64,000 nt of DNA from Caulobacterales bacterium (GCA_947474395.1 CANJID010000001.1:18083-82082); one strand, 5' to 3'. Shown: positions 25,299 through 36,823, counted from the stretch's first letter. Program-made: numbers and translations. The notes: generated by a model from the sequence alone, not told the origin.

Positions 25299-27926
25299 AT
25301 GAAGCCATCCCTGATCGCCCGGATCGTCGCCGCCAGCTGCAGCTATGCCTGGGCGGTGATCGCCGCGTCCCTGGTCCTCGTCGCCGTGGCGGTGGTCTAT
25401 GTCGGCGGCCACTTCGCCATGACCACCGACACCGCCGAGCTGATCTCGCCCAAGCTGGCCTGGCGCCAGAACGAGGCGGCCCTCGACAAGGCCTTCCCGC
25501 AGAACAACGACCTGATCGCCGTGGTGGTCGACGGCGCCACGCCCGAGCGCGCGGAGGAGGGGGCCGCCGCCTTGTTCGCCAAGCTGTCGGCCATGAAGGA
25601 CAGTTTCCCCCGCGTCACCCGCCCCGACGGCGGGCCCTTCTTCGCCCAGAACGGCATTCTCCTGCTCCCCACCAAGGAGGTGGAGGCCACCGCCAACCAG
25701 CTCCTCGCGGCCCAGCCCTTCCTCGGCGCCCTGGCCGCCGATCCGAGCCTGCGCGGGGTGATGGGCAGCCTGTCGACCGCCCTGATGGGGGTGAGCGGCG
25801 GGCAGGCCACGATCGACGACCTCGACCGGCCCATGAAGGCCTTCGGCGACGCCCTGCAAGGCGTGGTCGAGGGCAAGCCCAAGCCGTTCTCCTGGCGCGC
25901 CCTGATCTCCGGCCAGACGCCGGGCACCCGCGAGACCCGCAAGTTCATCCTGGTGCAGGCCAAGCTCGACTACGGGGCGCTGGAGCCGGGGTCCAAGGCC
26001 TCCGAGGCCATCCGCGGCGTCGCCCGCTCGCTGCAGCTCGACAAGGACCACGGCGTCGACGTCCGCCTCACGGGCTCGGTGCCGCTGGCCGACGAGGAGT
26101 TCGCCAGCCTGTCGGACCGGGCGGTGCTGATGACCAGCGCCATGATCCTGGCCATGATCGGCATGCTGTGGCTCGGGGTGCGCTCGGTCCGGATCATCGT
26201 CTGCATCCTTGTCGCCACCTTCATCGGCCTGGTCTTCACCGCCGCCGCGGGCCTGGCGGTGGTCGGGCGCTTCAACCTGATCTCGGTCGCCTTCATCCCG
26301 CTCTTCGTCGGCCTGGGAGTGGATTTCGGCATCCAGTTCAGCCTGCGCTACCGGGCCGAGCGGCGGCAGTTCCCGGACCTGAAGCAGGCCCTGGCGGCGG
26401 CGGGCGCCTCGGTCGGCAATTCCCTGGCCCTGGCCGCGGCGGCCATCGCCGTGGGCTTCTTCGCCTTCCTGCCCACCGCCTATATCGGCGTCTCCGAGCT
26501 TGGCGTGATCGCGGGTATCGGCATGATCATCGCCTTCGCCCTGTCGGTGACCCTGCTACCGGCCCTGGTGTGCGTCGCCAAGCCTTCGGGCGAGGACGAG
26601 GAGGTCGGCTACAAGAGCTTCGCCCCCATCGACCGCTTCCTGGAGGAGCGCCGCTCCCTGGTGCTGAAGATCGCCCTGGGCGCGGCCATCGTCTGCGCCT
26701 GCCTGATGCCGTTCCTGCGGTTTGACTTCAATCCGCTGCACCTGCGCAGCCCGCACGTGGAATCCATGCGGGCGCTGGCGGACCTGATGAAGGACCCCGA
26801 CCGCACCCCCAACACCATCGACATCCTCACCCCGTCCCTGGCCGACGCCGACGCCCTGGCCAAGCGCATCTCCGCCCTGCCGGAGGTGTCCCAGGCGGTG
26901 ACCCTGTCGAGCTTCATCCCCTCCGACCAGGACGCCAAGCTGGCCGCCCTGAGCGACGCCTCCCTGCTGCTGGACCCCAGCATCAATCCCTTCGAGACCA
27001 CGCCCCCGCCCACCGACGCCGAAACCATCAAGTCCCTGGCCGAAACCGCCGCCGGCCTGCGCGCGGCCGCCACGGGAGACAGCGGAGGGGCGAAGAACGC
27101 CCGCCGCCTCGCCGACCTCTTGGACCGCCTCGCCAAGGCCGGGCCGGAGCTCCGCACCAAGGCCGCCGCCACCCTGATGTCGCCGCTGGGCACGGTGCTG
27201 GACCAGCTTCGCTCCACCCTCCAGGCGCAAGCTGTGACCAGGGAGAGCCTGCCCGAGGACATCCGGTCCGACTGGGTGGCCGCCGACGGCCGCGCCCGCA
27301 TCCAGGTCTTCCCCAAGGGCGACTCCAACGACAACGCCAACCTGCGGCGCTTCTCCAAGGCCGTGCGCGCCGTGGCCGCCGACGCCGCCGGCACGCCGAT
27401 CTCGATCCAGGAGGCGGGCAACACCATCGTCACCGCCTTCCTGCAGGCCGGGCTGTGGTCGTTCCTGGCCATCATCGCCCTGTTGTGGGCGGTGCTGCGC
27501 CGCCCGAAGGACGTGCTCCTGACCATGGTCCCGGTGGTGCTGACGGGCCTTCTGACGCTGGGCACCTGCGTGGTGATCTTCCAGCCGATCAACTTCGCCA
27601 ACATCATCGCCCTGCCGCTGCTGTTCGGCATCGGGGTCGCCTTCAACATCTACTTCGTCATGGCCTGGCGGGCGGGGGCGACGAACCTGCTGCAGTCCAG
27701 CCTGACGCGAGCGGTGCTGTTCAGCGGTCTGACCACCGGCATGGCCTTCGGCGCCCTGATCCTGTCCAGCCACCCCGGCACGGCCAGCATGGGCAAGCTG
27801 CTGATCATCTCCCTGTTCTGGACCCTGGTGACCGCCCTGCTGTTCGAGCCGGCCTTGCTGGGCAAGCACGACGGCTCCCGCGAGGAAGTCTGCGACCCGG
27901 AGCCGCTAGAGGAGAGGGCGGTCTGA
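25299..27926 (+). CDS. hpnN: Hopanoid-associated RND/MMPL-type transporter
   Basis: 875 aa with two 6-TM bundles and large periplasmic loops. The N-terminal sequence pattern and hpn context match HpnN. Confidence 0.85.
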   Translation: MKPSLIARIVAASCSYAWAVIAASLVLVAVAVVYVGGHFAMTTDTAELISPKLAWRQNEAALDKAFPQNNDLIAVVVDGATPERAEEGAAALFAKLSAMKDSFPRVTRPDGGPFFAQNGILLLPTKEVEATANQLLAAQPFLGALAADPSLRGVMGSLSTALMGVSGGQATIDDLDRPMKAFGDALQGVVEGKPKPFSWRALISGQTPGTRETRKFILVQAKLDYGALEPGSKASEAIRGVARSLQLDKDHGVDVRLTGSVPLADEEFASLSDRAVLMTSAMILAMIGMLWLGVRSVRIIVCILVATFIGLVFTAAAGLAVVGRFNLISVAFIPLFVGLGVDFGIQFSLRYRAERRQFPDLKQALAAAGASVGNSLALAAAAIAVGFFAFLPTAYIGVSELGVIAGIGMIIAFALSVTLLPALVCVAKPSGEDEEVGYKSFAPIDRFLEERRSLVLKIALGAAIVCACLMPFLRFDFNPLHLRSPHVESMRALADLMKDPDRTPNTIDILTPSLADADALAKRISALPEVSQAVTLSSFIPSDQDAKLAALSDASLLLDPSINPFETTPPPTDAETIKSLAETAAGLRAAATGDSGGAKNARRLADLLDRLAKAGPELRTKAAATLMSPLGTVLDQLRSTLQAQAVTRESLPEDIRSDWVAADGRARIQVFPKGDSNDNANLRRFSKAVRAVAADAAGTPISIQEAGNTIVTAFLQAGLWSFLAIIALLWAVLRRPKDVLLTMVPVVLTGLLTLGTCVVIFQPINFANIIALPLLFGIGVAFNIYFVMAWRAGATNLLQSSLTRAVLFSGLTTGMAFGALILSSHPGTASMGKLLIISLFWTLVTALLFEPALLGKHDGSREEVCDPEPLEERAV

Positions 27927-28021
27927 GGCGCGTTTCCACCGCCGGTCTTTGCATATGCGGCCCGCGGGCCTAGTCTCTCCTTATCGGCGGTAACAAAAGA
28001 ACGCCGGATGGGAGGTGACGC

Positions 28022-28309
28022 ATGACGTCCTTTATCCTCGCCCTCTTGCTCGCCGCCGCCGAGCCCTCAGGCCAAGCCGGAACCGCCACGGCGCAGCCGC
28101 CCGTCGCCGTGAAGGCCTCCCAGCCTGTCAACGATCCGAACAAGATGGTCTGCAAGGTGACCGAAAACGCCGGCAGCCGCATCCAGGGCCGCACCTGCAA
28201 GACCCAGGCGCAGTGGGACGCCGCCGAGGAGGAACTGCGCCACCTCTTCAACGACGTCCGCGCCAAGGGCACCCTGACCAACAACAACCCGGGCGCCAGC
28301 GGGCATTAG
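28022..28309 (+). CDS. Small secreted protein, unknown function
   Basis: 95 aa, signal peptide, KMVCKVTENAGSRIQGRTCKTQAQW motif. GGAGG SD upstream. Confidence 0.5.
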   Translation: MTSFILALLLAAAEPSGQAGTATAQPPVAVKASQPVNDPNKMVCKVTENAGSRIQGRTCKTQAQWDAAEEELRHLFNDVRAKGTLTNNNPGASGH

Positions 28310-28326
28310 CGGCCGGCGTCGGCGCC

Positions 28327-28977
28327 TCAGCCCTTCAGCAGGCCGTCGGCGGTGGCGTTGATCTTCTTGACCAGGGCCTCGGCGCCGCCCTTGTCGATGG
28401 TGGCCGAGAAGTCGGAACGCTTGCTGGCAAGCTCCGAGACCCCGCCCAGATAGAGCACGTCCAGCACCTTCCAGGTCGAACCCGATTGGCGGACGCGGAA
28501 GGTGAGGTTCACCGGGTCCTTCTTGGGGGTCACGATCTGGGTCTTGATCAGCTTCTCGGTCCCCCGCGTCACCACATTGGGGTCGATCTTGAAGCTCTGG
28601 CCGGACCAGCCGTCGAAGTTGGAGGCCCAGCTCGCCACGCTCATGCGGGTGAAGGCCTTGACCAGGGCGGCCTGGTCGTCGGCCGACAGGGTGGTCCACT
28701 TGGGGCCGACGGCGAAGCGGGTCATGGCGGGCAGGTCGAAGGCCGCGGTCACGGCCGGCTGCAGCTTCTTGTAGCGGCCGTCCACCCCGGCGGCCTTGCC
28801 GGCCTTCATGGCGTCGATCAGGGAGCCGGTGAAGGCCTCCACCGTGGCGATGGCGGGATCGGCGGCGGCGGCCTGCACATAGGCGGGGACGCTCAGCGCC
28901 AGGAGGGTGAGTGGCGCAATGGCGGCCAGGCCCAGGCGGCGGAGCGGGGAGGCGGTCTTGGTCACGGTAGCCCTCAC
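28327..28977 (-). CDS. hpnM: MlaC/Ttg2D-like periplasmic lipid-binding protein (HpnM-type)
   Basis: 216 aa, signal peptide, toluene-tolerance Ttg2D-like sequence. GTGA-coupled downstream of dxs. Confidence 0.75.
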   Translation of the reverse strand: MRATVTKTASPLRRLGLAAIAPLTLLALSVPAYVQAAAADPAIATVEAFTGSLIDAMKAGKAAGVDGRYKKLQPAVTAAFDLPAMTRFAVGPKWTTLSADDQAALVKAFTRMSVASWASNFDGWSGQSFKIDPNVVTRGTEKLIKTQIVTPKKDPVNLTFRVRQSGSTWKVLDVLYLGGVSELASKRSDFSATIDKGGAEALVKKINATADGLLKG

Positions 28978-30803
28978 AAGGCTGTTTGGATCACCCGAAC
29001 GATGTCGGCGGCGTTCAACCCGGCCTGATCATACTGCCTTTGCGGATCATCATGCTCGAGGAACGCGTCGGGCAGGGTTAGCGCGCGGAAGCTGAACCCA
29101 GGCCGAACAAGATCCTCATTGAGCAGATATTGCGACACGTGGCTGCCGAACCCGCCGACCGACCCCTCCTCAACGGTGAGCAGCAGGCGATGGTTGCGCG
29201 CCAGGTCGCGGATCAGAGCGTGGTCCAGGGGCTTGGCGAAGCGGGCGTCGGCGACGGTGCAGGAGACGCCCGTCTCGCCGAGGGTCTCCGCCGCCGCCAG
29301 GGCGTGGCTGAGCCGGCCGCCCAGGCTGAGGATGGCCACGTCAGAGCCTTCGCGGACGACGCGGCCCTTGCCGATCTCCAGCGGGGTTCCGCGGGCAGGC
29401 AGCTCGACGCCGACGCCTTCGCCGCGGGGGAAGCGCACGGCGCTCGGCCCGGAATCGTGGGCGGCCATGGTGGCCACCATGTGCATCAGCTCGGCCTCGT
29501 CGGCGGCCGCCATCACCGTGAAGTTGGGCAGGCAGCAGAGGTAGGCGAGGTCGAAGGCGCCCGCGTGGGTCGCCCCGTCGGCGCCGACCAGCCCGGCGCG
29601 GTCCATGGCGAAGCGGACCGGCAGGTTCTGGATCGCCACGTCGTGGACCACCTGGTCGTAGGCCCGCTGCAGGAAGGTCGAGTAGATGGCGCAGAAGGGC
29701 CGATAGCCCTCCGTCGCCATGCCGGCGGCGAAGGTGACCGCGTGCTGCTCGGCGATGCCGACGTCGAAGGTCCGGGTCGGGTGCTTCTTCTCGAACAGGT
29801 CCACGCCCGTGCCCGAAGGCATGGCGGCGGTGATGGCGACGATCTTGGGGTCCGCGTCGGCCTCGGCGATCAGGGCCTCGGCGAAGACCTTGGTATAGGT
29901 CGGATGGCCCGGCTTGCCCTTCACCTGGACGCCGGTGGCGACGTCGAACTTGCCCACCGCATGGCCCCGGTCGGCGGAGGCCTCGGCGGGAGGGTAGCCC
30001 TTGCCCTTCTCGGTGATCAGGTGGAGCAGGACCGGCCCCGGGGCGAGGTCGTCGCGGATCGCTTCCAGCACCTGGGTCAGGCGGTCGATGTCGTGGCCAT
30101 CGACGGGGCCGAAGTAGCGGCAGCCCAGGGCCTCGAACAGGGAGGCCTTGCCCTTGTTCCTGGCCAGATCGACGAGGTGGTCGGCCAGGGCGCCGACCGG
30201 CGGCGCGATCGACATCTGGTTGTCGTTCAGCACGATTAGCATGCGGCTGGGCAGGGAGCCGGCGTTGTTCAGGGCCTCATAGGCCATGCCCGCCGTGATG
30301 GCGCCGTCGCCGATCACCGCGATGACATGGTTGTCCCCGCCCGCCAGGTCGCGCGCGACCGCCATGCCGAGCCCGGCCGAGATCGAGGTGGAGGAGTGGG
30401 CCGCGCCGAAGGGATCGTAGGCGCTCTCCGAGCGTCGCGTGAAGCCGGACAGACCCCCGGCCTTCTTGATGGTGCGGATGCGCTCGCGGCGCCCGGTGAG
30501 GATCTTGTGCGGATAGGCCTGGTGGCCGACGTCCCAGATCACCCGGTCGGCGGGGGTGTCGTAGACGTAGTGCAGGGCGACGGTCAGCTCGATGACGCCC
30601 AGGCCCGCGCCGAAGTGGCCGCCGGTGACCGAACAGGCCTCGATGGTCTCGGAGCGCAGCTCGTCGGCGACCTGGCGCAGGGCCTCGCGGGGAAGCTCGC
30701 GCAGGTCGGCGGGAATGCGGATCTGGTCGAGCAGGGGCGTGCGCGAGCCTTGGCCCAAGGCGATCTCGGCGTCGGTGACGGCGTCGGGGAAGGTGTCGGG
30801 CAT
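28974..30803 (-). CDS. dxs: 1-deoxy-D-xylulose-5-phosphate synthase
   Basis: 609 aa. [51 protein letters not shown]. Confidence 0.95.
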   Translation of the reverse strand: MPDTFPDAVTDAEIALGQGSRTPLLDQIRIPADLRELPREALRQVADELRSETIEACSVTGGHFGAGLGVIELTVALHYVYDTPADRVIWDVGHQAYPHKILTGRRERIRTIKKAGGLSGFTRRSESAYDPFGAAHSSTSISAGLGMAVARDLAGGDNHVIAVIGDGAITAGMAYEALNNAGSLPSRMLIVLNDNQMSIAPPVGALADHLVDLARNKGKASLFEALGCRYFGPVDGHDIDRLTQVLEAIRDDLAPGPVLLHLITEKGKGYPPAEASADRGHAVGKFDVATGVQVKGKPGHPTYTKVFAEALIAEADADPKIVAITAAMPSGTGVDLFEKKHPTRTFDVGIAEQHAVTFAAGMATEGYRPFCAIYSTFLQRAYDQVVHDVAIQNLPVRFAMDRAGLVGADGATHAGAFDLAYLCCLPNFTVMAAADEAELMHMVATMAAHDSGPSAVRFPRGEGVGVELPARGTPLEIGKGRVVREGSDVAILSLGGRLSHALAAAETLGETGVSCTVADARFAKPLDHALIRDLARNHRLLLTVEEGSVGGFGSHVSQYLLNEDLVRPGFSFRALTLPDAFLEHDDPQRQYDQAGLNAADIVRVIQTAL

Positions 30804-31771
30804 CAGGATTCTCGATCGAGCAGATAGAAGGGGAGCTGTCGCAGGTCGTCGGCCTCGGGGCCGTAGATATCCAGGGCGGCGGCGGCCTGGTGCGCGAGGC
30901 GCCTGGCCTCGGCGCGGGCGCCCTCCAGGCCGTGCAGGGAGATCAGGGTGGCCTTGCCCATGTCCTGGTCCTTGCCGACCGCCTTGCCGGCGCTCTCGGC
31001 CGTGCCGGTGGCGTCGATGATGTCGTCGGAAATCTGGAAGGCGAGGCCGAAGTCCCGGGCGAAGCCGCGCAGCCGCGCCTGGTGTTCGGGACCCGCTTGG
31101 CCAAGGAGCGCGCCGGCCTCGCAGCAGAACTCGAACAGGGCGCCGGTCTTCATCCGCTGCAGCTGCACCACCTCGTCCATGCCGTAGCCGGCGGTGGGGG
31201 CGACGATGTCCATCATCTGGCCGCCGATCATCCCGTCCGAGCCGCCCGCGCGGGCCAGGGCCAGGGATAGGGCGCAGCGCACCTCGGCGTCGGGGTGGGT
31301 CTCGCGGCCCGCCAGGATCTCGAAGGCGACGGTCAGCAAGGCGTCGCCGGCCAGGATGGCGGTCGCCTCGTCGAACTTCCTGTGGGTGGTGGGGCGCCCG
31401 CGGCGCAGGTCGTCGTCGTCCATCGCGGGCAGGTCGTCGTGGACCAGGGAGTAGGTGTGCAGGGCCTCGATGGCGGCCGCGGCCCGCAGGCTCTGCGCGT
31501 CGGGCACGCCGAACAGCCGGGCCGAGTGCAGCACCAGGAAGGGACGCAGCCGCTTGCCGCCGGCGAAGATGGCGTAGCGCATGGCCTCCGGCACGCGGCC
31601 GTGGTGGCCGACGGGGCGGGGCAGCACGGCTTCCAGGGTGCGCTCCACGGCGCCCGCGGCCTCGACCATGGCGGCGCTCAGCGATGAGGCGCGGGTCGGC
31701 TGTGTCTTCGTGGCGGTAAGGCTAGGACTGTTCACGCTTCCCCGAGGGTTCTTCTTTGGACGCCTGGACAA
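30803..31771 (-). CDS. ispA: Farnesyl/geranylgeranyl diphosphate synthase (polyprenyl synthetase)
   Basis: First aspartate-rich motif [20 protein letters not shown], second FQISDDIID. The true start may be the ATG at 31669 (MVEAAGA...). 1-nt overlap with the dxs start. Confidence 0.85.
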   Translation of the reverse strand: MSRRPKKNPRGSVNSPSLTATKTQPTRASSLSAAMVEAAGAVERTLEAVLPRPVGHHGRVPEAMRYAIFAGGKRLRPFLVLHSARLFGVPDAQSLRAAAAIEALHTYSLVHDDLPAMDDDDLRRGRPTTHRKFDEATAILAGDALLTVAFEILAGRETHPDAEVRCALSLALARAGGSDGMIGGQMMDIVAPTAGYGMDEVVQLQRMKTGALFEFCCEAGALLGQAGPEHQARLRGFARDFGLAFQISDDIIDATGTAESAGKAVGKDQDMGKATLISLHGLEGARAEARRLAHQAAAALDIYGPEADDLRQLPFYLLDRES

Positions 31772-32075
31772 CTTGAAGTCGAATCAGAGACATGGAGGCC
31801 GATCGCGCCCGCGTAGCAAGCCTGCGGGCCGCGACAAAGCTCGCCGTCCGATGCGGATTACACCCCATATTTCGGCGCTCGCCCCCGAGCTCCGTTCCCA
31901 TCGGCAAGATGATAGCCGCGCCGGCGACCGATTTTCCATCGCGGATTGAGGACCTTGGCCTTTTTCTGACAGTTCCGCGACGATCCGCCGCCCTGTCCGG
32001 GAATTCAGCACTTCCAGTCGGGGGCCCCACAGCCTATTCTCGCCGCTTCGTGCGGGGCGCGGGGGATTACATACG

Positions 32076-33035
32076 GTGCGGGTTGTTTTGGCTCAGCCGC
32101 GCGGCTTCTGCGCAGGCGTGGTTCGGGCGATCGACATCGTCGAACGTGCGCTCGAGAAGTACGGGCAGCCGGTCTATGTGCGCCACGAGATCGTCCATAA
32201 CCGCCACGTCGTCGACAGCCTGAAGAACAAGGGCGCCCGCTTCGTCGAGGAACTGGACGAGGTGCCCGAGGGCGCCATCACCATCTTCTCCGCCCATGGC
32301 GTGGCCCAGTCGGTGGTCGAGGAAGCCAAGACCCGCAACCTGCCGGTGCTCGACGCCACCTGTCCCCTGGTCTCCAAGGTGCACAGCCAGGGCAAGCGTT
32401 ACGTCGGCCGCGGCCGGGGCCTGATCCTGATCGGCCACGCCGGCCACCCGGAGGTCGAGGGCACCATGGGCCAGGTCGGCGCCCCGGTGACCCTGGTCTC
32501 CACCGAGGCGGACGTCGAGCAGCTCGACATGCCCGCCGACGCCCCGCTCGCCTACGTCACCCAGACCACCCTGTCGGTGGACGACACCAAGGGCGTGATC
32601 GCCGCCCTGAAGCGCCGCTTCTCCGACATCGTGGGACCTGAGACCACCGACATCTGCTACGCCACCCAGCACCGCCAGTCGGCTGCGCGCGACCTCTGCA
32701 AGGTCGCCGACGTGATCCTGGTGGTGGGCGCCAACAACTCGTCCAACGCCAATCGCCTGCGCGAGATCGGCGTCGAGGAAGGCCTGCCGAGCTACCTGAT
32801 CGCTGACGGCAGCGAACTCGACCCCGCCTGGGTCGCCGGCAAGGAGACCGTGGGCCTGACCGCCAGCGCCTCGGCGCCCGAAGAGCTGGTCCTGGGCGTC
32901 ATCGCCGCCCTGCGCAAGCTGGGTCCTGTCGAGGTCGTGCAGATAGCCGGCATCGAAGAGAACATCGAGTTCCGCCTTCCGGCCGAACTGCGCTATCCGT
33001 CCGAGGAAGAAGCCGCCGAAGAGCTGGCCCTCTAA
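32076..33035 (+). CDS. ispH: 4-hydroxy-3-methylbut-2-enyl diphosphate reductase
   Basis: 319 aa, GTG start. [34 protein letters not shown] motifs. Confidence 0.95.
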   Translation: MRVVLAQPRGFCAGVVRAIDIVERALEKYGQPVYVRHEIVHNRHVVDSLKNKGARFVEELDEVPEGAITIFSAHGVAQSVVEEAKTRNLPVLDATCPLVSKVHSQGKRYVGRGRGLILIGHAGHPEVEGTMGQVGAPVTLVSTEADVEQLDMPADAPLAYVTQTTLSVDDTKGVIAALKRRFSDIVGPETTDICYATQHRQSAARDLCKVADVILVVGANNSSNANRLREIGVEEGLPSYLIADGSELDPAWVAGKETVGLTASASAPEELVLGVIAALRKLGPVEVVQIAGIEENIEFRLPAELRYPSEEEAAEELAL

Positions 33036-33068
33036 AACCTGCCGTTTGTTTCGAAGGAGTGCTCCCGC

Positions 33069-34229
33069 GTGGCAATTCCGCTGCACGAAATGGCCCGCAT
33101 CGGGGCCTACATCGTCAAACAGCACCTGACGGGGCGTAAGCGCTATCCGCTCGTGCTGATGCTGGAGCCGTTGTTCCGCTGCAACCTGGCCTGCTCGGGC
33201 TGCGGCAAGATCGACTATCCCGACGATATCCTGAACCAGCGCCTGTCGGTCCAGCAGTGCATGGACGCCATCGACGAGGCGGGCACCCCGGTGGTGTCCA
33301 TCGCGGGCGGCGAGCCCCTGCTGCACCGGGACATGCCCGAGATCGTCAAGGGCTACATCGCCAAGAAAAAGTACGTCATCCTCTGCACCAACGCCCTGCT
33401 GCTGACCAAGAAGATCGACCAGTACACGCCGAGCGACTTCTTCACCTGGTCCATCCACCTCGACGGCGACCAGGCCATGCACGACAAGGCCGTGTCCCTG
33501 GACGGCGTGTACCAGAAGGCCATCGCCGCCATTAAGCTGGCCAAGCAGAAGGGCTTCCGGGTCCAGATCAACTGCACCCTGTTCAACGACGCCCAGCCCG
33601 ACCGGGTGGCGAAGTTCTTCGACGAGATGACGGCGGCGGGCCTCGACGGCATCACCGTCTCCCCGGGCTACGCCTATGAGCGCGCGCCCGACCAGGAGCA
33701 CTTCCTGAACCGGGAGAAGACCAAGACCCTGTTCCGTGGAATCCTCGCCAAGGGCGAGGGCGGCAAGCGCTGGGAGTTCACCCAGTCCCTGATGTTCATG
33801 GACTTCCTGGCCGGCAACCAGACCTACCACTGCACCCCGTGGTCGATGCCGCTGCGCACCGTCTTCGGCTGGCAGAAGCCCTGCTACCTGGTCGGCGAAG
33901 GCTACACCAAGACCTTCCAGGAGCTGATGGACACCACCGAGTGGGACAACTACGGCGTCGGCAACTACGAGAAGTGCGCCGACTGCATGGTCCACTGCGG
34001 CTTCGAGGGCACGGCCGTGGCCGACACCATCAAGCGTCCGTGGGAGGCCCTGAAGGTCGCCATGCGCGGCGTGAAGACCGACGGCGACTTCGCTCCCGAC
34101 ATCTCCCTGGACAACCAGCGCCCGGCCGAATTCGTCCACGCCGGGCACGTCGAGAAGATGCTGGCGGAGATTCACGCCGCCAAGGCCGGCCGCGCCAAGG
34201 GCCCAAAGATCACCGAAGCGGCGGAATAG
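33069..34229 (+). CDS. hpnH: Radical SAM adenosylhopane synthase
   Basis: 386 aa. CNLACSGCGKIDYP radical SAM cluster motif. High similarity pattern to HpnH (LMLEPLFRCNLAC..., SIAGGEPLLH). Confidence 0.9.
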   Translation: MAIPLHEMARIGAYIVKQHLTGRKRYPLVLMLEPLFRCNLACSGCGKIDYPDDILNQRLSVQQCMDAIDEAGTPVVSIAGGEPLLHRDMPEIVKGYIAKKKYVILCTNALLLTKKIDQYTPSDFFTWSIHLDGDQAMHDKAVSLDGVYQKAIAAIKLAKQKGFRVQINCTLFNDAQPDRVAKFFDEMTAAGLDGITVSPGYAYERAPDQEHFLNREKTKTLFRGILAKGEGGKRWEFTQSLMFMDFLAGNQTYHCTPWSMPLRTVFGWQKPCYLVGEGYTKTFQELMDTTEWDNYGVGNYEKCADCMVHCGFEGTAVADTIKRPWEALKVAMRGVKTDGDFAPDISLDNQRPAEFVHAGHVEKMLAEIHAAKAGRAKGPKITEAAE

Positions 34230-34289
34230 GGCCTCCTCGCGCATCGTAGTCGTATCGGCGGGCTACACGCCGAACGAACCATAGGGGTT

Positions 34290-34841
34290 TTGGCGATGGG
34301 CGTTCTTTCCAGGACGTTGCGGATGGGCGGCGTGCTCCTGGCGCTGTCCCTCTCCGCGGCGAGCGTAAGCCTGAAGCTCATCGCCGGGGTGCTGGCCGCC
34401 GCCGGCCTCGCGTCGCAGGCCGCCGCCCAGGGCGCCGCGCCCGCGCCCCAGCCCGACTACCACCCCAGCATGGGCGACCTGATGACCACGGCGGTGCAGC
34501 CGCGCCACACCAAGATCGGCCTGGCGGGCGCCGAGCGGAACTGGGCCTACGCCACCTACGAGATCAGCGAGCTGCGCAACGCCTTCAACCGCATCGCCCG
34601 CACCATTCCCATGACCAACGGCTCGGACACGGCGGCCCTGGTCTCCACCCGCATCAAGGAGCCGATCGACCGGGTCGAGGCGGCGATCAAGGCCAAGGAC
34701 GCCAAGGGCTTCGACACCGCGTACGTCGCCCTGACCAAGGCCTGCAACACCTGCCACGAGACCCAGAACAAGCAGTTTGTGGTGATCAAGGCGCCGTCCG
34801 GCTCGCCCTATCCGGACCAGGACTTCCACGCCGGGAAATAG
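34290..34841 (+). CDS. Putative class II (c-prime/c556-like) c-type cytochrome
   Basis: 183 aa, signal/TM segment, predicted helical. Single haem site CNTCH near the C-terminus. Confidence 0.5.
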   Translation: MAMGVLSRTLRMGGVLLALSLSAASVSLKLIAGVLAAAGLASQAAAQGAAPAPQPDYHPSMGDLMTTAVQPRHTKIGLAGAERNWAYATYEISELRNAFNRIARTIPMTNGSDTAALVSTRIKEPIDRVEAAIKAKDAKGFDTAYVALTKACNTCHETQNKQFVVIKAPSGSPYPDQDFHAGK

Positions 34842-34933
34842 GGGCCGCGCCCTTCCCGCGGGCGGTCCCCGATGCGATCCTGATTCCGCGAGCGTGATGC
34901 AAGAGCCATGACGGCGGTCGGGTCAGGGGAAGC

Positions 34934-36823
34934 GTGATGGGTTTGAGGGCGTCTCTTGGTTTGTCGATTGGCGTGCTGGCGGCGGCGGTCCTGGCCATTG
35001 GAGCGGGATCGGTCCTCGCCCAGCCCCCCGCGCCCGCCGCTCCCGGCGCCGCCCCGCGGCCCGCCACGGCCGCGACCGAGGCGGGGTTCGGCATCTTCCA
35101 GACCCGGTGCCTGGGCTGCCACGGCAACCCCGCCTACGAGCGCGCGCCCTCGCCGAACGTCCTGCGCGAGATGTCGCCTGAGCGAATCTACGAGTCCCTG
35201 ACTACCGGGGTGATGAAGACCATCGTCGGCGACAGCCTGAGCGACGCTCAGCGCCGCACCGTCTCCGAATCCATCGCCGGACGCATCCTGGGCTCGGCGG
35301 GCAAGGGCGACGCCGCCTCCATGGCCAACCGCTGCACGGCGGCCTGGCCCGCGCGCTATGCGCCCCAGGGCGGCTGGCCCGCGTGGGGCGTGGACGGAGC
35401 CAATACCCGCAACCAGTCGCTCAAGGCCGGTGGCCTGGCCGCCGTGGACATCCCCAAGCTGAAGCTGAAGTGGGCGTTCGGCCTGCCGCAGAGCACCTCC
35501 TCCTACAGCCAGCCGGCGGTTGCGGGCGGGCGCCTCTTCGTCGGCGCCGACACCGGCTACGTCTACGCCCTCGACGCCAAGACCGGCTGCGTGCAGTGGT
35601 CCTTCCTCGCCAAGGCCGGCGTGCGCGCGACCCCGGTGATCGGCAAGGCCGGGACGACCCCGGCCGTTTTCGTGGGCGACCTTCGCGCCTACGTCTATGC
35701 GCTCGACGCCCGCACCGGAAAGCTGCTCTGGAGCCTGAAGGTCGAGGACAACTTCACCCAGCGCGTCACCGCCTCGCCGACCCTCTATCGCGACCGGCTC
35801 TATGTGCCGATCTCCGAGTGGGAGGAGTTCTCGGCCGGCAACCTCGACTACGGCTGCTGCACGGCGGTGGGGGGCATCGCGGCCCTCGACACCGCCACCG
35901 GCAAGATGGTGTGGAAGACCTATGTGATGGACCGGCCGCAGCCCACGCGGAAGAACTCGAAGGGGGTGCAGCAGTACGCCCCGGCGGGCGGGGCGGTCTG
36001 GAACACCCCGGCGATCGATCCCATCCGCAACGCCGTCTACTTCGGCACCGGGGACGCCACCACCTATCCGGCCGCCGGGACCTCGGACTCGATCATGGCG
36101 CTCGACATGGCCTCGGGCCGTGTCCTGTGGTCGACCCAGGTGCACGGGAACGACTCATTCCTCGGCGGCTGCAACGGGACCGCCGCCACCAAGTCCGACA
36201 ACTGCCCGCAGGTGCAGGGTCCCGACTGGGACATTCCCGCGCCGGTGATCCTGACCCGTCAGCCCTCCGGCCAACGCATGGTGCTGGTCTCCACCAAGCC
36301 CGGCGACGTCCTGGCCCTCGATCCAGACAAGGGCGGCAAGGTGATCTGGCGCGTGCACACCAGCGGCGGCGCGCCGCTCGGCGACGGCCCGGGCCGCGCG
36401 GGCGGCCAGCAGTTCGGCATGCTGTGGGGCGGGGCCCTGGACGGATCGACCGTCTACTACGGCCTCACCGACGGCGGGGTGGCGGCGCTGAACGTCGCGG
36501 ACGGCAAGCGGGTGTGGCTGAACCGCCTGGGCTCCGCGCCCGGCCGCACGGTCAACAACGGCTCGCCGGGGACCGGCGTGCCGGGAGCCCTGCTGATCGG
36601 CGGCGGCGACGGCAAGGTGCACGCCCTCGACAAGAAGACCGGCGACGAGCTCTGGGTGACCGAAACCGCCAAGCCCTTCGACACGGTCAACAAGGTCCCG
36701 GCCAAGGGCGGCTCGATCAGCTCCTTCGGCCCGGTGGTCGCCGACGGCATGCTCTACATCGGCTCAGGCTACGCCGTGATCGGCGGCCAGCCGGGCAATG
36801 TGCTGCTGGCGTATGGGAAGTAA
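34934..36823 (+). CDS. PQQ-type beta-propeller quinohaemoprotein dehydrogenase (polyvinyl-alcohol-dehydrogenase-like)
   Basis: 629 aa, signal peptide. N-terminal cytochrome c domain (CLGCH). Repeated propeller blades (GYVYALDAKTGCVQW, AYVYALDARTGKLLW, KVHALDKKTGDELW). Confidence 0.7.
   Translation: MMGLRASLGLSIGVLAAAVLAIGAGSVLAQPPAPAAPGAAPRPATAATEAGFGIFQTRCLGCHGNPAYERAPSPNVLREMSPERIYESLTTGVMKTIVGDSLSDAQRRTVSESIAGRILGSAGKGDAASMANRCTAAWPARYAPQGGWPAWGVDGANTRNQSLKAGGLAAVDIPKLKLKWAFGLPQSTSSYSQPAVAGGRLFVGADTGYVYALDAKTGCVQWSFLAKAGVRATPVIGKAGTTPAVFVGDLRAYVYALDARTGKLLWSLKVEDNFTQRVTASPTLYRDRLYVPISEWEEFSAGNLDYGCCTAVGGIAALDTATGKMVWKTYVMDRPQPTRKNSKGVQQYAPAGGAVWNTPAIDPIRNAVYFGTGDATTYPAAGTSDSIMALDMASGRVLWSTQVHGNDSFLGGCNGTAATKSDNCPQVQGPDWDIPAPVILTRQPSGQRMVLVSTKPGDVLALDPDKGGKVIWRVHTSGGAPLGDGPGRAGGQQFGMLWGGALDGSTVYYGLTDGGVAALNVADGKRVWLNRLGSAPGRTVNNGSPGTGVPGALLIGGGDGKVHALDKKTGDELWVTETAKPFDTVNKVPAKGGSISSFGPVVADGMLYIGSGYAVIGGQPGNVLLAYGK

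Noticed and set aside
32067-34244. 725-aa minus-strand ORF spanning ispH and hpnH
   Set aside because: It is antisense to two strongly recognisable genes. It has low-complexity G/V/A/D/L composition and crosses an intergenic gap. An artefact of GC3 bias.
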